A stretch of 59,984 nucleotides of DNA, the filler included. It is 8 parts of 8 records of this genome, joined end to end, with 100 filler letters (N's around TTAATTAATTAA, not from the genome) between each part and the next. Parts side by side here need not be neighbours in the genome. Positions count along the whole stretch, not along the records: positions 5,704 to 13,059 come from SRR31147125_2109; positions 13,160 to 21,170 come from SRR31147125_2115; 6 more parts are not named here. The stretch is one strand, 5' to 3'. The notes below the pieces were generated by a model. That model was not told where the DNA came from. It ran no database searches and saw nothing but the letters and a program-made list of their open reading frames with translations. Shown here one piece after another: positions 10,286-18,865 of this stretch. Position 1 is the first letter of the stretch, and each line of letters begins with the position of its first letter. The position numbers and the translations under genes are program-made.

Positions 10286-11788
10286 TTATTCAGCTGCTGC
10301 TTCAATCTTCGCAACCCTTTCTTTGAGCGCTTCGTTCTCTTTGTTCAGTTCTATTATGTACAAAGTAAGTTCTTCTACTTTCTCAAGTAGTTTTACCTGC
10401 ATATCACCCAGATCAACATCTTCTTTTTCCATTTCGTTGGCTGATGGGATACCCGGTAAATGATTGTTTGTTTGAATAAATTTTTCAAGGTTGTTAATAG
10501 TCCTGAGTTTATAGTCCTCCTTAAAAACATAATCCGGCCAGTCTTCGAACAACCGTACCTTTACTTTTTCTGCAATTACGTTGCCTTTAACGGCAAGCAT
10601 ATATTCATCCGGTAATTCCTCTGTACCGATGGTAAGACCGGATTCCACGTTAATATTTTGAGCTGAAACCTCATTCATGGCAAGAAGGCCAGTTGGAATA
10701 TCAATGGTATTTACAGTTAGTTTTTCTGCTGAGATATTTCCTGTTATACTCGCATTCCCATTTACATAAATACTGTTCTGTAGACTCAAGTTCCCGGAAG
10801 AAATAATATCTCCGGCTTCTATCGAATTGGTTTTCAAGTTTCCTGATGATATTATTCCACCTGTTTCAATGGAGTTACTTTTTATGTTTCCACTAAAAAC
10901 GCCATTCCCTGATACTTCCAATGCTTCTGACGGAGTTTCTACACCAATCCCCAGTGTACTGTTTAGATTCAAGGTGTTAAGTGCAGCATGGGTTCCGAAC
11001 AAATTTATGGTAACTATTTCATCATCGCAGAGTATACTTTTGCCCCTAATTCCACCATTTACATGCAAAGGTGCTTCTGGTTGAGCAATCCCAATTCCTA
11101 CATTGCCTGTGGCAAAAATATCTTTTGCATTAAGTGTTGTAACATCTAATATATTTGCCGATAACTCATCCTCTATAAAAATACTTGAAGCTTTTATATT
11201 TCCATCAACTTCTAATTTTTCAATTGGGTTTTCTACTCCAAGGCCAATATAGCCGGAAACAAATAAATTATTGCTTACAGAAAGATTATTGGAAAACAAA
11301 CCTTGTTCTGAAAATAGAGTCCTCGTGTTTAAAGAATCGCCCCTTATAAACCCGGTCGATGTAATATTGCCGTCCACCTCCAGCTTCTCAATAGGCGACT
11401 CAACACCAATACCTAGCTTGCCAAATATCACGAGGTCATTCCCTATTTGCAGGTCTGTTCCTATGTCTAATGTATCGGCTGTTAGCCTGCCCTCAAATAT
11501 GGAACTGCCAACAACGTGCAGCTTTGATTCTGGTTCTAAAGTGCCGATACCTACATTGCCCCACGGGAGAAAAATGTTTGTCCATTCTTGGTTGTGATGG
11601 TTCCAGGGGTATTTTTTATAATCCCAGGAATTGCGTGACCATTTGGAATACTTCGAGAAATACTGATTATAAAAGTTAAAATCTTTTAACGGAGTATTAT
11701 CCCACCCACCGTGATTTTTATTATGCTGCGAGAATGATACCATACTGATTGACAAGAGTATAATAGAGATGGCAATTATTTTTTTCAT
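10286..11788 (-). CDS. Secreted tail-fibre-like repeat protein with C-terminal peptidase S74-like chaperone domain
   Basis: Signal peptide from ATG 11788 (MKKIIAISIILL...); five G(N/K)xG(I/L)G..P...L(H/E)V.G repeats; WPDYVF...HLPGIPSA...LLEKVEELTLY plus terminal coiled coil. Confidence 0.85.
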   Translation of the reverse strand: MKKIIAISIILLSISMVSFSQHNKNHGGWDNTPLKDFNFYNQYFSKYSKWSRNSWDYKKYPWNHHNQEWTNIFLPWGNVGIGTLEPESKLHVVGSSIFEGRLTADTLDIGTDLQIGNDLVIFGKLGIGVESPIEKLEVDGNITSTGFIRGDSLNTRTLFSEQGLFSNNLSVSNNLFVSGYIGLGVENPIEKLEVDGNIKASSIFIEDELSANILDVTTLNAKDIFATGNVGIGIAQPEAPLHVNGGIRGKSILCDDEIVTINLFGTHAALNTLNLNSTLGIGVETPSEALEVSGNGVFSGNIKSNSIETGGIISSGNLKTNSIEAGDIISSGNLSLQNSIYVNGNASITGNISAEKLTVNTIDIPTGLLAMNEVSAQNINVESGLTIGTEELPDEYMLAVKGNVIAEKVKVRLFEDWPDYVFKEDYKLRTINNLEKFIQTNNHLPGIPSANEMEKEDVDLGDMQVKLLEKVEELTLYIIELNKENEALKERVAKIEAAAE

Positions 11789-12154
11789 GCGTATAGATTT
11801 TGATTTATGTGTTTTGATTGAAGGATACGACCAGCACATTTACAGGGTACGTTATATGTGACGAATGAATAAATTTGATTGATTAACAAACATTATGTTT
11901 ACACAAACAACAAAAAGTTGATTGCGATAAAAACAAAAAACATCTTTACTAACACTGCGTATCTGTAACACAACATAAATTAATATTCTTTTAAAGCATA
12001 TAACCCTATCAGCGGATAGCTTTATTTAATTATCATAACAAGAAGTATAACAGCTAAAGATGAGAACATTACAACAATTTAAATCTCTGTTTGAAACAAA
12101 GATTGTTTTGTATCGTATGATTTTGCACAAACAACATCTTGAATCAATTAAAGA

Positions 12155-12946
12155 ATGAAAAAATCAACAAAATTCAAAATTAAATTACAGTCTCTTATTT
12201 TCTTTATTTCACTAGTATTATTTGCATGTGAAAGTGAAGAGACTCCAAAAAATACTGAAGCAGAACTCTTAAAAATGGAGTTTTCTTTTGGTGAGGCAAA
12301 AATTAATTCTGACACAAAAACAGGCATTGTAAAAGCACCAGAAGGTACAGATCTTTCATCAATAATGGCATCAATGACTATTTCTGATGGTGCTACAATT
12401 TACCCACCATCAGATGTTGCATTGGATTTTACTGAACCCATAACATTCACAGTAACTTCTGAAGATGGTGTTACTATAAAAACATACACGATTACCGCTT
12501 ATTTACCAGTAGCGAAATTAAAAATTGTTGATATTGATGGGTGGACAATTGAAAATCCTGAATATGAACTCGCCGTTGGAGCAATTGTAGATGTTTTTAC
12601 CGCACCAGATTGGGATACAGAACCCGAACTTTTCTCACAATTGGAGTCTGACGAAAATGGTGAAGTGCTAATCCACTGCGACCCGAACCTTTATTGCTAT
12701 ATTTTGGCTAGTAAGGACAATAAAACAAATCTCAAAGATAATTATGTTGTAATTGGCAGATATGAAACCCAGGAGAGTATTGATAATGGTTATTTTGGTG
12801 GGGGAACACCTCCCAATGTAGGTGACATTCGTCTTTCTGATATTAACGCAGATGGTTACGTCAACTCTGATGATAAAACTGACTACCAAAACATATATCT
12901 GGAAGATGGTGAAATTAAAATCCTGACAATTTATCTAACCGAATAA
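12155..12946 (+). CDS. Bacteroidota lipoprotein (DUF5018-like Ig domain plus DxNxDG Ca-binding loop)
   Basis: Lipobox LFAC followed by acidic residues; DFTEPITFTVTSEDG; GDIRLSDINADGYVNSDD. Confidence 0.75.
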   Translation: MKKSTKFKIKLQSLIFFISLVLFACESEETPKNTEAELLKMEFSFGEAKINSDTKTGIVKAPEGTDLSSIMASMTISDGATIYPPSDVALDFTEPITFTVTSEDGVTIKTYTITAYLPVAKLKIVDIDGWTIENPEYELAVGAIVDVFTAPDWDTEPELFSQLESDENGEVLIHCDPNLYCYILASKDNKTNLKDNYVVIGRYETQESIDNGYFGGGTPPNVGDIRLSDINADGYVNSDDKTDYQNIYLEDGEIKILTIYLTE

Positions 12947-13030
12947 AAACATAAAATACGATAATGATATTGGAAAACAAGTAATAACCTAAAATCCGCA
13001 TGTATAAATGTAGTGTTCAGTAAGTCAACA

Positions 13031-13053
13031 CCCTTCGACAAAATCAGGATGAC
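13031..13053. repeat. REP-like element at contig end
   Basis: CCCTTCGACAAAATCAGGATGAC resembles the Bacteroidota REP-like motif CCCTTCGACAAGCTCAGGATGAC as recalled; the contig breaks right after it. Confidence 0.55.
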
Positions 13054-13059
13054 AGTCAG

Positions 13060-13159
13060 NNNNNNNNNNNNNNNNNNNNNNNNNNNNNNNNNNNNNNNNN
13101 NNNTTAATTAATTAANNNNNNNNNNNNNNNNNNNNNNNNNNNNNNNNNNNNNNNNNNNN
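13060..13159. other. Artificial contig spacer
   Basis: N44-TTAATTAATTAA-N44. Confidence 0.99.
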
Positions 13160-13320
13160 CCCCCGCCTGGCAGGCGGGGAAATTATCGTGCTGTTAATTT
13201 ATTTTGTGTTTCAAGATATTATTTGAAATACAGACATTTCTCCGCCTGAGGAGTACGCAGCGACGCTGTGTGAAGTGGTGCATATTTTTATCTGTCATTA
13301 GTAGCAAAGCAAGGAATCTG
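13160..13320. repeat. REP-like palindromes at contig start
   Basis: CCCCGCCTG-G-CAGGCGGGG perfect hairpin (13161-13179); degenerate TGTCATTAGTAGCAAAGCAAGGAATCT (13293-13319). Confidence 0.5.
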
Positions 13321-13660
13321 TTACATTTTTCAGCCATCACTAACTCGGTATTCAACTGTTAATTAAAACTTTTTGTTTTCTGATATTTGTTCGTTTTAAT
13401 TTTGTTAAATTAGTAGGCGTTTGTAAATGTTTATAAACGTTTGTAAGCACTTACAAATACTTTAAACGGTTTAAATACAATAAATTAGTTTTGTTTTTGT
13501 AGAGGATTGAAAAGGTGCATATATTCACACGTTGCTTCATACAAAAAAGACCGTGCGTAATGCAAATCGACAGGAAAATTATAATAAAAGAAGTGAAATA
13601 AAAGGATGGAAAAATGGTAAGAAAGAAAAAGCCCTCGCTTCGCATTTTTTTAATTTCTCT

Positions 13661-13746
13661 GCCAACACACCAATAGCACATTTGTTTTTTCGCCAACACA
13701 CAAGCCAATGTTGAAAAAACAAAAGAGCTATTTATTACCAACGCTC
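13661..13746 (+). repeat. Conserved hairpin element, copy 1 (GCACATTTG-N35-CAAAAGAGC)
   Basis: ATAGC-ACAT-TTGTTTTTTC...GAAAAAACAA-AAGA-GCTAT with CCAACACAC/CCAACGCTC boxes; second copy at 20858-20945. Confidence 0.75.
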
Positions 13747-13756
13747 AAGTTCTACG

Positions 13757-13764
13757 TATCTTTG
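13757..13764 (+). promoter_or_regulatory. Bacteroidota housekeeping -7 promoter box upstream of hsdR
   Basis: TATCTTTG matches TAnnTTTG, 18 bp before the hsdR ATG. Confidence 0.6.
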
Positions 13765-13782
13765 AGAGTTAAATGAAAACCG

Positions 13783-16188
13783 ATGATAGATAAGAAAAGT
13801 TTATCTGAAAGAGATATATGTACTAAGTTTATCACTCCTGCAATTGAAAAGGCTGGTTGGGATAAACAAACACAGCTACTCGAAGAAGTTTCCTTTACTG
13901 ATGGAAAAATATATGTCAGAGGAAAAAATAACCGCACGAGGTGCAAGAAAACGAGCAGATTACATACTCTACTACAAACCCAATATTCCGATTGCAATTG
14001 TTGAAGCAAAAGACAATAAGCATTCTGTCAGAGCAGGAATGCAACAAGGACTTGATTATGCTGAAATATTAGATATTCCATTCGTTTTTAGTAGCAACGG
14101 AGACGGTTTCTTGTTTCACGACAAAACACAAAACTCTGGAAATATTGAAACAGAATTAGATAATAACAGTTTCCCAAGTCCGCAAGAACTCTGGGCAAAA
14201 TACAAACAATACAAAGGGATTGAAACTCCTGAAGCTGAGAAAGTAGTAGAACAGGATTACTTTTTCGATGGTAGTGGTAGAACTCCAAGATACTATCAAC
14301 AAAATGCAGTAAATAGAACACTTGAAGCCATTGCCAAAGGTCAAGACCGAATTATCTTGGTAATGGCAACGGGAACAGGAAAAACATATACTGCTTTTCA
14401 AATCATTCATAGACTTTGGAAAAGTGGAGCAAAAAGAGGATTCTTTTTCTTGCCGACCGTAACGCTTTAATTGACCAAACCCGAAGAGGCGATTTTAAAC
14501 ATTTCAAAGATAAAATGACGGTGGTAAAACACCGTATGATTGACAAGAGTTATGAAGTTTATTTGGCTTTATATCAAGGTTTGTCTGGTGCTGACGAACA
14601 AGCCAATGCCTACAAACAATTTTCGCCCGAATTCTTTGATTTAATTGTAATTGATGAGTGCCACCGAGGAAGTGCAAAAGAAGACAGTGCTTGGCGTGAA
14701 ATATTAACTTATTTCAAAAAAGCAACTCATATTGGTTTAACAGCTACGCCAAAAGAAACCAACGAAGTCTCAAATATTGAATATTTTGGAGACCCCGTTT
14801 ATACTTATTCCTTGAAACAGGGAATTGACGATGGTTTTTTAGCTCCTTACCGTGTGGTTCGTGTGAATTTGAATGTTGATGCCGAAGGTTGGCGACCAGA
14901 ACAAGGGAAAAAAGACAAGGACGGTATTGAAGTTGAAGACCGTGTTTACAATAGAAAAGATTTTGACCGCACTTTGGTTATTGATGAACGAACTCAAATA
15001 GTTGCAAAAAAGCTGAGCGAATTTATGAAAGGCTTTGACCGATTTGCAAAAACAATTGTATTCTGTTCTGATATTGACCACGCAGAAAGAATGCGGACTG
15101 CTTTATCAAATTTGAATAGTGATTTGACGGCAAAAAATCATAAATACATTATGCAGATTACAGGCGATAATGACGAGGGGAAACGAGAGTTGGATAATTT
15201 TATAAATCCCGAAGAACGCTATCCTGTAATTGCCACTACCTCAGAGCTTATGACTACTGGTGTTGATGCTCAAACGTGTAAGATAATTGTTTTGGACAGC
15301 GAGATTAAGTCAATGACCAAATTCAAACAAGTTGTTGGTAGAGGAACACGAATAAACGAAGAATTTAACAAACTATATTTTACAATACTCGATTTTAGAA
15401 ATGTAACAGATTTGTTTGCAGACCCCGAGTTCGATGGTGAACCCATTCGAGTAAAACCAGTTGCGGAAAATGAAGATTTATCTTTTGTTGTAAGCGAAGA
15501 AGAGGAGAATGAAATAAAAGCTATAGATGAGCTAACAGGTGAAGAAGTCGTTTTCGAAAAAGCCAAAATCCGTTATCCGGACGGCTCAGGTATTGAAGGC
15601 GATTGGGTAGCGAAAGAGCCTAGACAAAAGGTATATGTAAACGGTGTTGATGTTTCTGTATTGATTAGCCGTGAAATGTATTTTGACAATGATGGAAAAC
15701 CAATTACCACAAGCTTAAAAGACCATACCAAAAAGTTAATTAAAGGTCAATATGCTTCATTGGATGATTTTTTGAATAAATGGAACAGTACTGATAAAAA
15801 GGAAATAATCATAAAAGAACTGGAACAACAAGGCGTTTTGGTTGAAGCTTTACGAAATGCAGTAAACAGGCAATGCGATTTATTTGACTTAATCTGCCAC
15901 GTTGCTTTTGAACAGCCACCTCTTACAAGAAAAGAACGAGCAAATAATGTTAAAAAGCGAGATTACTTTACAAAATATGGCAACGAAGCCCGAAAGGTTT
16001 TAGAAAGCCTGCTTGATAAATATGCTGACGAAGGCGTTACTAATATTGAGAGTATGGATGTTTTAAAAGTAAAACCTTTAACCGATTTTGGTTCTCCAAT
16101 GGAAATTATAAAACAATTTGGAAGCAAAGCAAAATATTTAGAGGCAGTAAAAGAACTGGAATACGAATTATATAATACAGGGGCATAA
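13783..16188 (+). CDS. hsdR: Type I restriction enzyme R subunit (EcoAI/EcoEI-like), two apparent frameshifts (near 13925 and 14432)
   Basis: SERDICTKFITPA; ADYIL..IVEAK nuclease motif; RYYQ; MATGTGKT; DECHRG; GLTATP; GRGTR; EcoEI_R_C-like tail. One extra A (GGAAAAAATA) and one missing A (GCAAAAAGAGG) explain the breaks. Confidence 0.93.
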
Positions 16189-16191
16189 AAA

Positions 16192-16428
16192 ATGAGTTTA
16201 GATTTGATAAAACAAAACGAGCAAGATTTACTTAATAAATTATCAGAACTGGTAGAATTAAGCAATGCTAAACTTGTATCACAGGCTAATAGTACATTTT
16301 CCTTAATGTTTTGGCAAATTGGTAAACATATCAACGATTTTCTTTTGACGGATAATCGTGCTGAATATGGAAAATACATAATGTCGACACTGTCTACACA
16401 TTTAACCAAGAGATATGGCAAACAATAA
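16192..16428 (+). pseudogene. Truncated DUF1016 (YhcG) N-terminal fragment
   Basis: SQANSTFSLMFWQIGKHI...RAEYGKYIMSTLSTHLTKRYGK parallels the N-terminus of the next ORF but stops at 78 aa. Confidence 0.7.
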
Positions 16429-17428
16429 CAAAATAGAAAAATCGTTTTCGAATAGTTTTGTACAACAAGTAAAGTCCATTATTCTTAATGCTCAAAATAA
16501 TGCAGTTAGAAGTGTAAATTTCGAGCGTGTTTTAATGTATTGGAAAATTGGAGAACGGATACTTAAAGAAGAGCAAAACGGAAAAGAAAGAGCTGATTAC
16601 GGAATGTTTATAACTAAGCATTTATCCGAAGAGTTAACAGCTGAATTTGGCACAGGCTTTTCTGTTAGACAGTTAGAATTTTGTCGGCAGTTTTATAAGA
16701 TTTTTCCAATTACGAACGCACTGCGTTCGCAATTGAATTGGACACAATATCGTTTACTCATTCGCATTGATGACGAGGACAAACGAACCTACTATATTGA
16801 GGAAACCTGCAAAAACAATTGGTCTGCTCGGCAATTAGAAAGACAAATTAATAGTAAACTGTACGAACGACTGCTATTAAGTACCAACAAAAAACGAGTA
16901 CTTGCCGTAGCAAAAGGAGAAGCAACACCCGAACACCCCAAAGATATAATAAAAGACCCTATGGTTTTAGAGTTTCTTGGATTAAAACCACAAGCCGAAT
17001 ATTATGAAAAAGATTTGGAACAAGCTATAATAACCAATGTGCAAAGTTTTTTACTTGAACTGGGAAATGGATTTTCGTTTGTTGCACGACAAAAAAGATT
17101 GAATATAGAAGATGATGAATATTTTGCAGATTTAGTTTTCTACAACCGACTATTAAAGAGTTTTGTAATTATTGAAATTAAAACTCACAAAATTACACAT
17201 CAAGATATTGGGCAACTTCAAATGTATGTAAATTACTACGATAGATACGAAAAAACAGAAGAAGAAAACCCAAGCATTGGAATACTTCTTTGTACCGATA
17301 AAAACGATACTATGGTGGAATTGGTATTGCCAGCCCAAAACTCTTCAATTTTGGCAAGTAAGTACCAATTATATTTGCCGACTAAAGAACAAATGATTAA
17401 TCAAATAAAAGATATAAGACTTAAATAA
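16415..17428 (+). CDS. YhcG/DUF1016 PD-(D/E)xK nuclease family protein
   Basis: YWKIGERI..RADYG; WSARQLERQI; IKDPMVLEFL; LLELGNGFSFVARQKR; ADLVFYNRLL..IEIK; GQLQMYVNYYD. Confidence 0.92.
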   Translation: MANNNKIEKSFSNSFVQQVKSIILNAQNNAVRSVNFERVLMYWKIGERILKEEQNGKERADYGMFITKHLSEELTAEFGTGFSVRQLEFCRQFYKIFPITNALRSQLNWTQYRLLIRIDDEDKRTYYIEETCKNNWSARQLERQINSKLYERLLLSTNKKRVLAVAKGEATPEHPKDIIKDPMVLEFLGLKPQAEYYEKDLEQAIITNVQSFLLELGNGFSFVARQKRLNIEDDEYFADLVFYNRLLKSFVIIEIKTHKITHQDIGQLQMYVNYYDRYEKTEEENPSIGILLCTDKNDTMVELVLPAQNSSILASKYQLYLPTKEQMINQIKDIRLK

Positions 17429-18865
17429 ATGGCAAATTTAAAAGGGATATTAGATAGCATCCGCAAAATAATGTGGACAGACACAGGGCTGAACGGCGAT
17501 GCTCAAAGAATTGAGCAATTGGGATGGATGTTGTTTTTCAAAATCTTTTCAGATAAAGACAAAGAACTTGAAATAATGGATGACAATTATGTTAGTCCGA
17601 TACCTGCCGAACTGCATTGGGACGCATGGGCTGGTGATGATGAAGGAATTACAGGCGATGAACTACAAGACTTTGTAGAAAATAAACTGTTCAAGCAATT
17701 AAAAGATATTCAGCTTGTGCCATCGGAAGATATCAAATATAAGCGAGCCTTAATACTTCGCGAAGTGTTTGAGGGCAACAACAACTATATGAAAAGCGGA
17801 ACAAATATCCGCAAAGTGCTGAATAAACTCAACGAAATTGATTTTAATACCACCAAAGACAAACACGCTTTTGGCGAATTGTACGAAACCATTCTGAAAG
17901 AACTGCAATCGGCAGGTAAATCGGGTGAGTTTTATACTCCAAGAGCTATAACCAGTTTTATTACCGAGATGATAAACCCACAATTGGGCGAAAAAATTCT
18001 TGACCCAGCTTGTGGTACTGGTGGATATTTGACCGCAGCTATTGAGCATCTTAAAAAGCAAGCCAATAGCGTAGAAGAAAGACAAAGCATTGCAAAAAAC
18101 ATAATCGGATGGGAATACAAACCCTTGCCTTATTTGTTGGCTACAACTAACTTGATTTTACACGAAATGGAAGTGCCAAACATTACCTTTCGTGATAGTT
18201 TAGACCAACCTTTGAGCAATTACACCGAGAAAAACAGGGTAAACGCAATTTTGGCAAATCCTCCTTTTGGTGGCATTGTTGCCAATAATAACGAAAACAA
18301 TTTTCCACAGAATTTCAGGACAAAAGAAAGTGCCGACCTATTCCTAATCTTAATGATTCACTTGCTAAAACAAGGCGGACGTGCAGGAATTGTTTTGCCT
18401 GACGGTTCACTTACAGGTGATGGAGTAAAACAAAGGGTGAGACAAAAATTGTTGGAAGATTGTAATTTACATACCATTATTCGTTTACCAAATTCTGTTT
18501 TTAAACCTTATGCAACGGTAGCTACTAACCTTTTGTTTTTTACCAAAGGTGAACCAACAAAAGAAGTTTGGTACTACGAACACCAACTACCTACAGATTA
18601 CAAGTCGTATAGTATGACAAGACCTTTGCAACTAAAGGAACTTGAACCAATTAAGAAGTGGTGGAACAACAGAAAAGAAAGTGAAGTTTGTTGGAAAGTA
18701 GATTTACAAACAATTATTGACCGTAATTACGACTTAGACATAAACAATCCCAATAAAAAGGAAGAAGTAATAGAACACAATAGTTCTGAACTTATGGAAA
18801 TGTTGGATGCCTCTTTTGACAAAAGTCATAATTTATTAACGCAAATAAGAGAAGCCGTTAAATGA
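17429..18865 (+). CDS. hsdM: Type I R-M methyltransferase M subunit (m6A)
   Basis: GEFYTPR, DPACGTGG (motif I), ANPPF (motif IV); ATGA overlap with hsdS. Confidence 0.95.
   Translation: MANLKGILDSIRKIMWTDTGLNGDAQRIEQLGWMLFFKIFSDKDKELEIMDDNYVSPIPAELHWDAWAGDDEGITGDELQDFVENKLFKQLKDIQLVPSEDIKYKRALILREVFEGNNNYMKSGTNIRKVLNKLNEIDFNTTKDKHAFGELYETILKELQSAGKSGEFYTPRAITSFITEMINPQLGEKILDPACGTGGYLTAAIEHLKKQANSVEERQSIAKNIIGWEYKPLPYLLATTNLILHEMEVPNITFRDSLDQPLSNYTEKNRVNAILANPPFGGIVANNNENNFPQNFRTKESADLFLILMIHLLKQGGRAGIVLPDGSLTGDGVKQRVRQKLLEDCNLHTIIRLPNSVFKPYATVATNLLFFTKGEPTKEVWYYEHQLPTDYKSYSMTRPLQLKELEPIKKWWNNRKESEVCWKVDLQTIIDRNYDLDINNPNKKEEVIEHNSSELMEMLDASFDKSHNLLTQIREAVK

Noticed and set aside
10286-11839. 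Prophage tail gene
   Set aside because: Has a Sec signal peptide and no neighbouring phage structural, integrase or terminase genes.
13451-13741. Short ORFs on both strands upstream of hsdR
   Set aside because: They overlap structured repeat elements, lack protein-like motifs and look like chance ORFs.
13783-16188. hsdR in three pieces as phase variation, programmed frameshifting or pseudogenisation
   Set aside because: Both breaks are +/-1 in A5-A6 runs, the same error mode seen in unrelated contigs; catalytic motifs are intact. Phase variation cannot be fully excluded without reads.
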